The notes beneath the pieces were generated by a model that saw only the letters and a list, made by a program, of their open reading frames with translations, made no database searches and was not told where the DNA came from. Shown here in pieces: positions 49,136-63,798 of a stretch of DNA of 64,000 nt (position 1 is its first letter; each line of letters starts with the position of its first letter). This DNA comes from Octopus bimaculoides (Eukaryota). The stretch lies in contig NC_068987.1 of NCBI RefSeq assembly GCF_001194135.2, positions 78,231,122 to 78,295,121 of the forward strand, read 5' to 3'. The position numbers and the translations under genes are program-made.

Positions 49136-51495
49136 AATAATATATATTAGTATAAAATATTCATATTCAAACAGTTTCAGAAAACAAGAACAGAATATTA
49201 CAAACAGAAGTAGTTTCCTCAATAATACATATTTTGAAAGATTTAACAGAGCCTAATTCTCAATAGTTTTTGCCAATGCAATTTTCGCTGTAATTCTATT
49301 TGGATTTATTTAAAATATTCAGCTCCCATAATATCAAATGAAATGTATGAATCGTTGTATAAATCGAATTATCTGCTATACCAGAATTAGTTTTAAACCA
49401 TTTATCTGTCGTTGTATAGTTCTTTTTCTCAATTTGAAAGTGAATCTTACAACTACAGCTTCGTTCTAAAATCCTGTTATTCAGATTTCTGGTTTAGAAA
49501 TAAAAACTACAGATTTTCAAGTTCGACAGCAGCTACAACAATTCCTTAACTTTGGTGAAGCGATAGCGTGGTTCAAATAAACTGGGATGTAGTAAAAACG
49601 AAACTGAATATTGTGATTATAGACATGAATTGCATACAATTAACTTTCAGTTTCTCTCTTTCGGTTTTTTTTATCCACAACCTAACATTATGTCATATGT
49701 TTGCATACTGTAAATGCCAAGAAGATACTTTTAGCAGCCATTTAACCTAAGATTGTATTTTGATCTGATTATATTGACTAAAGAACTTTCATATGAAAAC
49801 CATTTATGAATACGGTCTTTTTCTTGTTGAAATAAATGTTATCAAGACATCAAAGTTATATTGATAGTTAAAGGTCATTTTTTTCCTCATTTTTTTTCGA
49901 CGATTTATAAAGATGAGTCACTGAAGTAGTTAAGTACATAGACTATCATTTTCTACATATAAGAGGTCAGCTAAAGCTAAGATTGTTAAATATCTTTTTA
50001 ATTAAAAATTTCATTAAAATAGAGGACTAGTTCCTGGTCTCTATTTTCAGCTTTCACAATAGAGCTAAATTATTATCGAAGAAAGGTAGAACTTTATGAC
50101 CTAGTTTTATTCTTGTCTAGATCTACTTCAAAATATTTTTGCTGTTTGTTGCTCTTAAAAACAGCATCAGTAACGTATGATATTAAAAAAAAAAATCTTA
50201 TACCTTTTCCCGATCCGGAGAAGAATATTTAGTGGCGTAACTGTAAAGTAGAAGTGAATTCTGGATCAGGGTAGTGGAACTGAACACAAGCACTGAAAAA
50301 TATAACTCCAACAAGACTAAGTCATATATACCTATAAATTTGCAAAATCAAAGATTCATAAGCTTGGACAATGAGAATGGTCCTTCATGTCCCTTGCTAC
50401 AGATTATTCCGTGGCTCGAAAATGTGATATCCTGGACAAGAGCTTACATCTACTTTAAACTACATTTTACTGTTGTAATTTTTCGTCTTCAGTTATAAAA
50501 TAATGTTTTTAAGATTAACTCGAACGTCTCACGGTAATTTCTTTTTCACCTCAGCACCTAATTACTGAAATCCTACAGAAACGACAGTTTTGCATCTCAA
50601 TTTCATGAAATAAAATTGTTCTTATGTAAAAAAAAAAAAAGACTAAAATACTTAGGTCTTTTATCAGAACGCCCCAAAACAAACAGGCAGTCGAGAAATT
50701 TATCGCAAGCTCAAGAAATCTAAATTAGGAATTATTGGACCGTTGAAGGTGAGTATTTGCAGTAGAGATTTTATTGATTCTGAATAAATGAGACGCTAAA
50801 TCGCTCCAGATAGGTTTTAAATATAGATTAGTTGATTACTGAATTCAAATACATGTCGTGGACTTGCTCGTCATTTTATGTTTCGCCGTTTTCATTGTTC
50901 GCTTATTTAGAAGTAAAGGTGATTTCTAAATTAAACACAATACCAGATACTTCTGCATAAGGTTACAATCGGTTATATGAACTCTTATGCTTTGTTGAGT
51001 TTTACTTTATCGACACCGGAGGGATTTTACAGAAAAAGTATCTCATTGGGATATGAAGTCAACAGTAAAGAGACAAAGTTAACTGGCGCAAAACATTTTA
51101 TATTCAGAAATACCAGACGTAAAAATTACCTGAGAAATTTGTCCTAGGTACATGAGAAAAACTGGCGTTGTATATGAACATAAATCTTACTTCACATAAC
51201 TAGCGGGAATAATTTGTCTATTATATTGAATTTTTTCAGCGATATTAATTGAGAGAAGTTTTCATCTAAAACCTGTTTAACATCACAGAAATAAAGTTGT
51301 GTTTAAATCACAACTTTAGTTCTATGATGTTTATATCACTGCATCATGAAACTTCTCACACCACACAGTAATACTACATTTGCTATATTTTAAATACTGT
51401 TCAAATATCTTATTACATAACTAAAAATTAATATAATGAAAAAATATATTACTCAGTACTAATTTATTAAACTTTTAAAGGAAAAATTTAGCAGC

Positions 51496-51759
51496 GACTT
51501 CGAAGCATAGATTTGCTTGCCTTCGTCGGGCTGTATTACGCTTGGGTTCTGTTTGGCTTTATATAGTCTTTGGCAAGTGTTTTGGGTAGGATGATGAAGG
51601 TGGGACCATGTAAAATGATAATTTCAGATAGCCCCACCTTCACTCATCTGTAGAAAGGGAATACTTTTATTATATCATCAGTTATTAGGTCGGTGATGAT
51701 TATGTCATTTGAAGTATAGCATAAACTCTCGAAGGCGAGCAAACCGAAACTTCGAAGTC
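51496..51759. mobile_element. Foldback / MITE-like element with nested inverted repeats
   Basis: Outer arms gacttcgaag....g.tttgct.gccttcg (51496-51525 / 51730-51759). Inner arms gatgatgaaggtggg / cccaccttcactcatc (51590-51604 / 51633-51648). Confidence 0.6.
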
Positions 51760-52289
51760 TCTGTCAATCTTTTCCTTGTAAAAGTCTAATATATATATAT
51801 ATGAAACACTGTTTATGTGTATATCTGAGTACACGTAAAATCTTCATATTTTAGATATTTTTAGATATTTAAGATATTTTCGAAAAAACAAAAAGAAAAG
51901 TTATTTTTCAAACGCCATGGGACATACCTCGAAGCGAAAAAACAAAGGAATGCAGCATTTGTCCATTTTCTTGGCTCTGGGCTGCTATAATTTTCTTTTA
52001 TCTCAGCCAAATTCCTTATAGGGTGATGTATATTAGCTTCGGGGTACTAAGAATTTCCTATGCTTTTTCCTTACAAGCAAAGAATGCCTGTTGGGGATTC
52101 GTAATTTCATATTCTCTATTTTGTTGATATAATTATGGATTCTTCTCAAGCTATAAAGAGAACTCGATTTGCTATTTGCTTTGTGTGCATTTCTTTGATG
52201 AAGAAAAGTGGAACGAAACAATATCGGTAATGTGGAAGTGATTTTCAATCGGATCAACTGCTTTTCGCGTTGGTAGATTCTAATAAATA

Positions 52290-52301
52290 AATGAATAAAT
52301 G

Positions 52302-52365
<64 letters not shown>

Positions 52366-52563
52366 TAATAATGAACAATAATCATAATAATAATGATGAC
52401 AATAATGGTAACAATAATGATAATAATAATAATAATGATAACAATAACGATCATAAAACAACAAAGAAGATACCTTTCTATCTTTTCATTTAATTATCTA
52501 TTTTTTGCGACATAGTATAAAGTTTTCTTTAATAGATGTATTGAATATCCTTCCCACTTATTA

Positions 52564-52624
<61 letters not shown>

Positions 52625-52765
52625 TATTATTGTTGTTGTTGATGATGTTGTTGCTATTATTATTGTTATTTGAAACAATAATAATAACGATAATATTGCT
52701 GTCCATTATCACTGCTGTTGCAGCTGTTATTATTATTATCATTATTATTATCATCATTATTATTA

Positions 52766-52824
<59 letters not shown>

Positions 52825-52830
52825 TGTAGT
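52290..52830. repeat. Opposed (AAT)n and (ATT/ATC)n microsatellite blocks
   Basis: (aat)n-rich at 52290-52450; (tta/tca/ttg)n-rich at 52560-52650 and 52725-52825. Confidence 0.9.
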
Positions 52831-55023
52831 AGTAGCAGTTGTCTTAGAAATAGAGGTAGAAATAGTAGTAGTAACTATCACATCACATCGCATCCCAGAT
52901 ATATATATAAACGGGACATTTCTCCGTATTATTGTCTAACGCTTAAATTGGACCCAGAATTGAATATATATGTTTAAACAATCGATGTAATATGCCTCCG
53001 GAATTCTCATTCCCCGAGGGTGAAATTTCAATGATACCTAATCTGCTTTTGGCGGGCGAATTGAATTGATAAATACTTTTGCATCATCCCTTTCCTCATT
53101 CAAGAAGCAATTGGTTAAATATATTTTTTATTTTCTTTCATTTTTGTTGTTGTTTTGGTGGTGGGCGGTAAATAAGCATTTATCTTCGGCTGGAAGGATA
53201 CACGAGAGAACAAGTACTCTATAAATGAAACTAATGAATCATTCTGTCGCTACTCAGAGTTTGTCAGTATGTGCGAAACTTGAGATATTTTGGCGCCTGG
53301 AGAATTACATATATACGCGCACATATACATATATATTTATACACACACGTATACACACACACACGTATACACACACGTATACACACACGTATACACACAC
53401 ATGTATACACAAACACACGTATACACACACACACGTATACACACACACACACACACACACACACTCCACGCTCTGCGCTAGCGATATAAATAAGAGTGAA
53501 TTCTGCACCAAAAGACCAATATGAGTGTTTTTTTCATGGTAACTACAACAGTATAGTTTATTCTAATAGGACATTCACGTATAAGTGGAGATAAATATTA
53601 CCTCTTGATATAAGCACACACAAACACACAGACACACACACACAAACCCCCCCCCCCCATACACACACGTGTCTATATATGTATGTATGCTTTTCAGTTT
53701 TATTTCAAGATTTCTTGCCAATATAGAGAGAAGTGGTGTCTAGCTTAGACCCAAGGAATTTCAACATCAACAAAGGGTATTTTTGCATGTATGCATGCAT
53801 GTATGTATGTATGTATGTATGTATGTATGTATGTATATATATATTTATATATATATATATATATANNNNNNNNNNNNNNNNNNNNNNNNNNNNNNNNNNN
53901 NNNNNNNNNNNNNNNNNNNNNNNNNNNNNNNNNNNNNNNNNNNNNNNNNNNNNNNNNNNNNNNNNNNNNNNNNNNNNNNNNNNNNNNNNNNNNNNNNNNN
54001 NNNNNNNNNNNNNNNNNNNNNNNNNNNNNNNNNNNNNNNNNNNNNNNNNNNNNNNNNNNNNNNNNNNNNNNNNNNNNNNNNNNNNNNNNNNNNNNNNNNN
54101 NNNNNNNNNNNNNNNNNNNNNNNNNTATGTATGTATGTATGTATGTATATATATATTTATATATATATATGTATGTATGTACGTATGCATGTAAGTACAC
54201 TGTGTAGTAAAGTTTTCAACAAGTAGTATCAAGAGAGTAAAGATATAATAGAAACCACAAAAAGCCTTGTGAAATGCTGCTAGCCAGAGTATTCTGGCCG
54301 ATATATTAATCGATATATTAATCGAGCTGTAACTGCTTTCCGTGCAATCGACGTTTGAATGAGCATTAAGAAAAAGACAGAGAGAATCAAAGGAAATATA
54401 ATTAATTTCATAGAAAATATAATCAGTTCCTTACAGATATCAAAATTTCCTAAACCAACACTAAGATGATTTATGATGTATCCGTTACGATATTTCCACT
54501 ATGATATATTTTTTAAAATGTGGATATATACAAATCTCGCTCTTAGTATTTACACTATTTCTGACGTCTTATAGAAGATATAGTCAAGTGAGTATTGGGA
54601 ACATCTTTTGATCTGTTATTACAGGGTTTGGTCCGAGAAAAAATCTTCCATTTGATGTTTTAGCTGAAGTTCTCGTCCCAAAGTTTCCAGACTAATGACG
54701 AAAGGATTGCATTATGTCTCTTCTCGGGGTGGTTAATTGTTCAAAATGGCTGTTGCATCTGGATTTTAGAACTTCATAACATATATTGAGTATTTATTCT
54801 GTTATGTGTCCTTCCAATCGAATATAAATACTTATTTACCTGCAAAACAACGAAATGGAATCAAATTTCTATCCCTATAATCGTATATATATGTATGGAC
54901 TTACGTAAAGCAAATGAAAGCTATATTGTGATCGAAGAGCTCTCCGCTGTCTCGCATCTATCTTTGATATTTGATATTGTAATCAGTCCTATAATTGTAG
55001 CGAAGTGTCTTAAAGCTAAATCT

Positions 55024-55056
<33 letters not shown>

Positions 55057-55487
55057 NNNNNNNNNNNNNNNNNNNNNNNNNNNNNNNNNNNNNNNNNNNN
55101 NNNNNNNNNNNNNNNNNNNNNNNNNNNNNNNNNNNNNNNNNNNNNNNNNNNNNNNNNNNNNNNNNNNNNNNNNNNNNNNNNNNNNNNNNNNNNNNNNNNN
55201 NNNNNNNNNNNNNNNNNNNNNNNNNNNNNNNNNNNNNNNNNNNNNNNNNNNNNNNNNNNNNNNNNNNNNNNNNNNNNNNNNNNNNNNNNNNNNNNNNNNN
55301 NNNNNNNNNNNNNNNNNNNNNNNNNNNNNNNNNNNNNNNNNNNNNNNNNNNNNNNNNNNNNNNNNNNNNNNNNNNNNNNNNNNNNNNNNNNNNNNNNNNN
55401 NNNNNNNNNNNNNNNNNNNNNNNNNNNNNNNNNNNNNNNNNNNNNNNNNNNNNNNNNNNNNNNNNNNNNNNNNNNNNNNNNNNNNNN

Positions 55488-55529
<42 letters not shown>

Positions 55530-56154
55530 CAAGCATATATTGCATAATATAAAATATATTGTATAATAAGCAATATATAATATGCAATATATATTGTAAT
55601 AATAAGCAATATATGATATACATGTTATATAGCATGTTATGTAACACAAAGGCCATAATATATAATACAATATATATTGTTAAACTTCATATCACATATT
55701 CTACCAAAATGCATTGTATGTACGTGCAAAGTTATATATTATGCAAACTATCGCTCAAAGATTATATAATATACCATAACGAGTATAAAACATTATATAA
55801 CATAGACTTCGCAATACATAACTTTGCGCACATTTTAATATTGGTAATATAGTCATCCAAATGTGTAACAGAGACACACATATATAATACATTATAAACT
55901 ATCATTACAATTATGATGTCATATATTGCAGAACAATATGTAATACAATTTATTCATCAAATCTGTATAGCATGTATGTAATAATGCATCATATTACATA
56001 TCTACTATAACAATTGACAATACATATAAATAATAATATATTGTATAACATATGCATTATAATTTTTTAAATAACATAATAACATATATTCTCGTTATAC
56101 GTTATTTATTATAATCCATATTCATAATAAATTATAAAATATGCATTATATATA

Positions 56155-56369
56155 CAGTGATCCCTCGCCATCTCGCGGTTCACTTATCGCGGTTTATCAT
56201 TTAAGCTTAAGTCGGTTCCTCCGTGGTGTTCTTTGCACCTATAATAAAATAAAAATATACAAATCATAAAAATGATAAAAAAATGTACAGTACTGTTTCT
56301 ACTTCGCAGATTTTCACCTATCGCGTGGGTTTTTGGAACTTAACATCCGCGATAGTCAAGGTATTACTG
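56155..56369. mobile_element. Tigger/pogo-like MITE
   Basis: TA TSD (56153-56154, 56370-56371). Termini cagtgatccctcg..atctcgcgg and ccgcgatagtcaaggtattactg. Confidence 0.75.
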
Positions 56370-56392
56370 TAGTATACATAAATAGTTAACAT

Positions 56393-56908
<516 letters not shown>

Positions 56909-57269
56909 ATAACATTTACAGTTTAATATATTATATAAGTTAATATACTTTCAATTACATTGTTTTCAACTTTACAATATTTTAATGTAGTTATATAAAG
57001 AATACAGTACGAAGTTATAACAAATGAATATGACAACTACATACTCAGTAGCAAAGGTTAACTGTCCAAGAATATACCAATCTCTATAATTGATCGAAAT
57101 ATCCCTACCTCATTCTATGAACATTGAATGAACGATTAAGTCCATCTAATCGGGATTCAAACTAAAATCACAAACGGACAGATGAATACCAACAGTGTTC
57201 TAACTAATCATATTCTATTAAAGTACCATTCCGTATTCTCTCTTTCTCTCTCTCTATTTCTCAATATAG

Positions 57270-57326
<57 letters not shown>

Positions 57327-57327
<1 letters not shown>

Positions 57328-57769
57328 AGGTACATGGCTTAGTGGTTATGGTATTCGGCTCGTGATCGTAAAGTCGTGAGTTCAATTCCCGGTGGTGTCT
57401 TNNNNNNNNNNTACATGGCTTAGTGGTTATGGTATTCGGCTCGTGATCGTAAAGTCGTGAGTTCAATTCCCGGTGGTGTCTTTTTCTTCCTTGAGCAAGA
57501 CACTTTATTTCACGTTGCTCCAGTCCACTCAGCTGGTAAAAATGAGTAGGACCTGCATTTAAAAATGGGCCAGCCCTGTCACACTTTGTGTCACACTAAA
57601 TCTCCCTGAGAACTGTGTTAAGGGTACAGGTGTCTGTGGAGTGCTCAGTTGCTCCGATCAACGGAACAGCCTGCTCGTGAAATTAGCGTGGAAGTGGCTG
57701 AGCACTCCACAGACATCTGTACCTTTAACACAGTTCTCAAGGAGATTCAGTGTGACACAAATTGTGACA
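57327..57769 (+). mobile_element. tRNA-derived SINE family C ending in a 72-bp foldback
   Basis: A box tggcttagtgg, B box gagttcaattcc, body ccttgagcaagacactttatttcacgttgctccagtccactcagctg. Arms 57577-57648 and 57698-57769 are 67/72 complementary. Confidence 0.8.
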
Positions 57770-58731
57770 AATCAACTCCAGGACTTAGCCGATTTGATCG
57801 GCTAAAGGTGGTGCTCCAGCATGGCTGCAGTCAAAATGACTGAAACAAGTAAAAGCACAAAAGAATAAAAGTTCTTATGTACATATACATACACATATAT
57901 AATGTTTTATAAAACATATATGTGTGTCTGTGTATACGTTGAATGTGTGTTATTTTTGAAACTGAGTAAGTCACAATGGTGGCTGTCTTGTTTTCAAATT
58001 TTCACACAGATATAAACGTGTGTATGTGTGTGTGTGTGTGTGTAGCCCTACGCTTAGATTTTTTGTTGTTGGGTTCAAGATAGTCTTTGATTAAGAAGAC
58101 TTGTGTGGACCAAAGACATTTACACTGTGATTATCAGGTTTTATTTCTTCATATATTAATTTTAGAACTTCATCTTAACATAACAAAAACATTTGAGACC
58201 TATTTGTAGGAAGTCGAGCAATGGTTCAATTCAGAGTGACAGTGCTTGAGAAGTTTTAGAGCAATAAAACAGAATTTGTAACGTCCAAAATTTTTTCCAT
58301 GTAAATCTAAATGCCATGATTTTCATACCGCATTTAGAAGTGAGAAATTTAAAGAGGGAAATGTAACAAGTTGATATGAATTTTAGTTGAATACTTCCGC
58401 CTTCAAGACAAAGCTGTTTTAAAAAATAGTATTTTGCAATTCTGCGATAGTTTTTCGTAATCATGATCATCAAAGTAAATCACTTCATTACTTCACAATT
58501 AGCTCCTCACCAACAAAAGGTAGTTTTCTTGAGACCGCACTGACTAATTTGTGAAGCGTTGTTGTGTTTGTGAGGAGAGAAACAGGTGTAACGTCTAAAA
58601 CTGTTTCTCGATATGGTCACATAATTGGTGCGGGCGACAGAGAAGGTATTCAAGAACTGAATATTGACTATATACTCTTCAAATTTACAGTTATGCTTCT
58701 GCTTACAGTGATTAATTATTTCTTTTGTATC

Positions 58732-58844
58732 AAGTGCTACATCCTTGCAGCTATATATATTATTCCACTTGTAATAAGTGCTACATCCTTGCAGCTATAT
58801 ATATTATTTCACTTGTAATAAGTGCTACATCTTTGCAGCTATAT
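58732..58844. repeat. 44-bp minisatellite, about 2.5 copies
   Basis: Unit aagtgctacatccttgcagctatatatattattccacttgtaat. Confidence 0.9.
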
Positions 58845-59404
58845 TGACCGAACTGTTCTCGTATCTGTTACCACAGTCCACTTCTTATCTCAGAAGATAC
58901 AAAACACCGTCACTTCAGTACGTTGTCCGTTATCAACGCACTAGATACAATAGAATAAATTTATGTACCTCCGTGTTAAATTACTGTAACGACATAATTT
59001 ACTGCTTTCACTGCGATTCGAAACACAACAGGTGACATGCTTCGATTCTCATACTGCATTTGACATAGTAAACTGCTAAAGAAACATTTATGCAGTATGT
59101 GATTGGGCTAAGATCAAACTGAAACATAGTTCTCAGATATTATTGAGCTTGTTTCCATTTTCTTACTTTACTTTAGGAAATATCAGTGTTATATATCAAC
59201 TATTCACCTACAACTATAGGAGGTATTTGCATGATACCTCGACATTCTACAAATAACAGTCACACGTAGCCAATTCACTTTGTAATTACACGTCTTAAAG
59301 AGCCAAGACGGCATTAGATAATGCATTCATAAATATCGAATATATCGAAAGGAATGGTCACAGCCGGAATGCAAAAATGATCTAACAAAACAGACCAACA
59401 ACAG

Positions 59405-59600
59405 CCACAAGGGTGCTTCTATGCGGTCATTCGATCTTATAGAAATAGCAACCAAATCTCCCTCAAGTTACACTCCTTGATTTAAAAGGTGAAGGGGAGT
59501 GATTATTGTCGTCTGGAAGTATTCTACCTGAAAAGCAATGGTAACAACTTCATCGCTTTAGAACAGACTCGAGGCTAAACAATGCACAACAACAACAACA
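59405..59600 (+). mobile_element. Family F retroposon tail fragment
   Basis: gtcattcgatcttatagaaatagcaaccaaatctccctcaag...gaggctaaacaat..caacaacaac. Confidence 0.55.
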
Positions 59601-60652
59601 ACTAGAAGTTTCGGTATCGATGTATGATAATTCAAAGACTAAAACAGAATAAATTGGAAGTTGTGATGTTCATGGATTTCTCTTTCTCCCCTTTCTAGTT
59701 CAAAGCATTTGTGACATAATTGAAATAAAAAAGAGTTGAGTGTATATAAAGCATTTAATATGATGCTAACACATAAGACGTTGAATTCAAACTCCTCGCG
59801 GGTATTTCGGTCTGTATTTGAGCAATGTACTTAATCGTACGTGCTTCAGTTTGTTTAACTATTTAGGCTACGTAGCAGATTTTCTGGGAAATACCACCGG
59901 TGGTAATTTGGCGTTCTATTCAAGATGTAGAGCCTTTATAACCGAACCAAACAACCCTTGATTCCTTTGAGTTCTTCAGGCTTTTATTTTTGGGGAAAAT
60001 ACAGACATGATTGGAAGAATATATTTCCCACCATGACGATGACTATGATGGTTATTACGATGGCTACGGTAATAATGATAACGATGGTGGTGATGAGAAT
60101 GGTGATGATGTAATACAGTAGTGAAAAGAAATGCTTCAAAATCTATGTTCATTTCGGGAAGGTCTCGTTGTCCCTTAAGCTAGTGGATTACTTCCCTTAC
60201 ATTGTGTTTTAATGCCCGTAAGGTGGGCGGCACTGCATGCAACATCAGCCTAGTAAAAGAAACGTTAATAGATAAAGCAAGGAACAAAGTGAGGATACAA
60301 CAGAACATGCATGCCTGCCTCGTCTGACTAAGCCAACTGCCAGCGGCAAGCTTGTTTTTGAATCTAGGAGGCAACATAGCAGTGGCAGCAAGCAGCCTTG
60401 AAAATTCGCTAGAGCTGTATCTATCTATTACAAGAGATGCATCTGTTGGGCGAAAACAAATGAGGAAGAAACAGAGAGAGACAGAGACAGAGAAAAAAAA
60501 AGGGGAAGAGGGAAAACAGAGAGAGATAGAGAGAGAAGAGAGCGGAGTAAGAGAGAACGAATTTTATTGTGCATATGAGTGTGTACGTATGATGCAAGTC
60601 TTCATTGCATCTTCTGTTAGCAGAAGAATAATTCGAATAACTGTATATACGT

Positions 60653-60670
60653 ATCTATCTATCTATCTAC

Positions 60671-60750
<80 letters not shown>
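60653..60750. repeat. (ATCT)n microsatellite
   Basis: Direct tandem repeat. Confidence 0.95.
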
Positions 60751-61082
60751 ATATATATATATANNNNNNNNNNNNNNNNNNNNNNNNNNNNNNNNNNNNN
60801 NNNNNNNNNNNNNNNNNNNNNNNNNNNNNNNNNNNNNNNNNNNNNNNNNNNNNNNNNNNNNNNNNNNNNNNNNNNNNNNNNNNNNNNNNNNNNNNNNNAT
60901 AGCAGCATACCAAAAACGTGAGCGGGCAAGACATTAGTGGTCGACGTTATTTTTAAAATGTACCTTAATCCCCTGAGATTGCAGATAATATTTCTGAATC
61001 TCTTTGATTCTTTAAATGTGCTGGCCCCCTGATAATTAATCGATATTAATTAATATATTAATATATGAATAATTACCAGATC

Positions 61083-61125
<43 letters not shown>

Positions 61126-61442
61126 ATTAGTTATTTTGGTAAGTCATTTTATGCGCCAAATGGGTGTCTGTAACAAGAAAAAGATTCAGAATAATCATAT
61201 AAAGAGAGAAACAGAGACATAAGCATACTCTCAGGAATATACACACTTCAAAACGTGTTTGTGTAGGTATTTTAATAATTCTGTTTAATAGAATCAGGCA
61301 TATATAACGCATATAGATAGATCCCTTCATCATTCGAGCTTTCTATCCAGAAATCATCTTCAATATATATATACACACTAACAGTCATCTGTATATTTAA
61401 GTGCATATGTATACAAAACCCACCTATCCGAGCGCGAGAGCG

Positions 61443-61479
<37 letters not shown>

Positions 61480-61512
61480 ACACACATACACACAAACACA
61501 CACACACACACA

Positions 61513-61543
<31 letters not shown>

Positions 61544-61739
61544 CGAAGTGATTATGTGTTACTGCATCTGTACATGCATGATGATTAATGTTAGATATAT
61601 ATATTATATAACGATATATATAATCGGTATATGTTGCAAATCTATATGTATGTCATATATACAAAAATACTTATATGCATATATGTGTGCAGAGAGAGAG
61701 AGGGAGAGAGAGAGAGAGAGATAGAGAGAGTGAGAGAGA

Positions 61740-61785
<46 letters not shown>

Positions 61786-61899
61786 TAGAGGAGTAGGAGG
61801 AAGATATATAAATATATATTTATGGTAATTTTCCGAAAGATGGTATCAGGTATTTATCTCAAATAATATATTTATATGGACATAATACAACATATGGTT

Positions 61900-62105
61900 A
61901 AGGCGGCGAGCTGGCAGAATCGTTACTGCGCCGGGCGAAATGCTTAGCGGTAATTCGCCTGCCGTTACGTTCTGAGTTCAAATTCCGCTGAGGTGGACTT
62001 TGCATTTCGGGGTCGATAAATTGAGTACCAGTTGGGTACTGGGGTCGATGTAATCGACTATCTTCCTCCCCAAAATTTCGGGTCTTGTGCCTAAAGTGGA
62101 AAAGA
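61900..62105 (+). mobile_element. SINE family A (short-tail subtype) with decayed TSD
   Basis: Full head aaggcggcgagctggcagaatcg. The flanks atacaacatatg and atataacatatg match at 11/12. Confidence 0.9.
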
Positions 62106-62497
62106 TTATATAACATATGTAACGTTTTTATCTTGAAGAATAGCAGGATATCAAAATATAATTTAGATCAACATTAATTAAGCTAATTTGGTAAAAGCGA
62201 TAATCATTTAGTAAATAAACAAATGATGTATATAAAGAAAGATTAACTTTAAATAATTTATAAAACCTTTTTAATGTTCATAGATTTATAAAGTAACACG
62301 AAAGATCTAATTGATATTTCGACTACATCCATTGTGCAAAAAATACTTATATTTCGATAGACTGTTTTAAATAGAGCATTTTATATCAATTATGTAGCAA
62401 GGATGGCCAAAGAAATGGTCATCAATAATTATTCTTCCTGTCTTTTATATTATTCGTGCCCTTGACTGAAATTAATTTCTGTTGCTCTCTCTCAATT

Positions 62498-62529
<32 letters not shown>

Positions 62530-62761
62530 ATATATCTATATTTATCTCTCACTGGATGGAATGTTTTTTTTTGTTGATTCTACCAATATTATATCTGTAA
62601 ACTATATATATATTTATATATAAATATATATATATACACATACATGTATATATACAAACACACAAACACATACACACACATATAGCAATCTTCATATCTT
62701 ACTTAAAGCACATACATCACTGAAAGCGTGCCTATTCAGATATGTAAAACTGAGCTAGTAG

Positions 62762-62798
<37 letters not shown>

Positions 62799-62807
62799 TC
62801 GCTGACC

Positions 62808-62992
62808 ACAACATTCAATTTTTTTTTCTCCGTGTTTTTCTCCTTGTTTTCTCCTTATTCTATCTGTTGAAGAGCGTAGCTCGAAACGTTAAAGACTTTC
62901 TCTATTCCCGAGCGTCAAACTAATACATCCTTTTGTTGTTTACACTACCTGTCCTCGTCTGTTGTTGTTTCTTTTTCGTAAATTCTCCCATA
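62808..62992 (+). mobile_element. Family G repeat (Penelope-like pLTR fragment)
   Basis: Homologous to the reverse complement of 25440-25620. Confidence 0.6.
62859..62895 (+). ncRNA. Minimal hammerhead-like motif, variant core CUGUUGA
   Basis: UCUAU-CUGUUGA-A-GAGC-gua-GCUC-GAAAC-GUU-AAAGA. Confidence 0.5.
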
Positions 62993-63237
62993 TATATATA
63001 TATATATAAATATACATATATGTTGTATATAATAAAGCAAGGCAAAGGGCTTTTTAGATATAAATCGTGCCGCTTACGAGGAGATGGCTTTCCATTTCAT
63101 CTTCTAGGGGTCGATAAAATAAGTACCAGTTGAGTACTGGGGCCTATGTAGTTGACTTAACCCTCCTCCGACACTACAGGCGTTTTGTTAAAATCTGAAA
63201 TCAATGTATTATATAACTTAATATACTTTATGCATTT

Positions 63238-63432
63238 GTTCGACCTGTTAGAAATAGCATGCAAATGTCATCCAAATCACATTCTTTCAACTTAACTTAG
63301 GAAAGGGGACACAACAGAATGTAGTCTTATATATCATCCCTAAAGGAACGGGGCAGTAACGGCTGGAATGTTCAAGCAGGGTTAACCTGAAGCTAAACAA
63401 GAACAACAGCGACAACAACAGCAGCAACAACA
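63238..63432 (+). mobile_element. Family F retroposon tail fragment
   Basis: cgacctgttagaaatagc...acggctggaatg...gaagctaaacaagaacaac. Confidence 0.55.
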
Positions 63433-63576
63433 ATTGCGATAAAAGCAACGATGACATTATGCATTTTAAAAATTTCTTAGTTGATGAAATATAAAAGTTC
63501 CATTGTATTTATACATCGACATTTCCTATTAATATTCCTGCTGTTGTTGGTTCTAGACAGAAAACCGAGGAGGATA

Positions 63577-63608
<32 letters not shown>

Positions 63609-63667
63609 AATTCGCCGGACATTGACGATCAGGACATTCTATTTTATTTAGTTTTATACCTATTTTA

Positions 63668-63798
63668 CATAGGCACAGGAGTGGCTGTGTGGTAAGTAGG
63701 TTGCTTACCAACCACTTGTGGCACCTTAAGCAAGTGTCTGCTACTATAGCCTCGGGCCGACCAAGGCCTTGTAAGTGGATTTGGTAGAAGCCGTCGTA
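63668..63798 (+). mobile_element. SINE family B, 5' half with deletions
   Basis: ataggcacaggagtggctgtgtggtaagtag...ctactatagcctcgggccgaccaaggccttgtaagtggatttggtaga. Confidence 0.8.

Noticed and set aside
53800-54180. Matching microsatellite patterns on both sides of an N gap
   Set aside because: Probably overlapping contig ends (assembly artefact).
55490-56150. 650-bp extremely AT-rich block with Y/I/C-rich ORFs
   Set aside because: It looks like a decayed (TA)n-derived low-complexity tract with no coding signal.
57330-57480. Two tandem tRNA genes
   Set aside because: The two identical copies of about 70 nt flank a 10-N gap, which suggests an assembly duplication. The sequence continues into a SINE body and lacks a paired acceptor stem, so it is a SINE head.
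58732-58844. CRISPR-like repeat array
   Set aside because: The units are directly adjacent with no unique spacers, the context is eukaryotic and there are no cas genes; it is an ordinary minisatellite.
60180-60420. GC-richer unique block with TGCATG motifs (possible enhancer or RBFOX sites)
   Set aside because: Two hexamers cannot be distinguished from chance without conservation or expression data.
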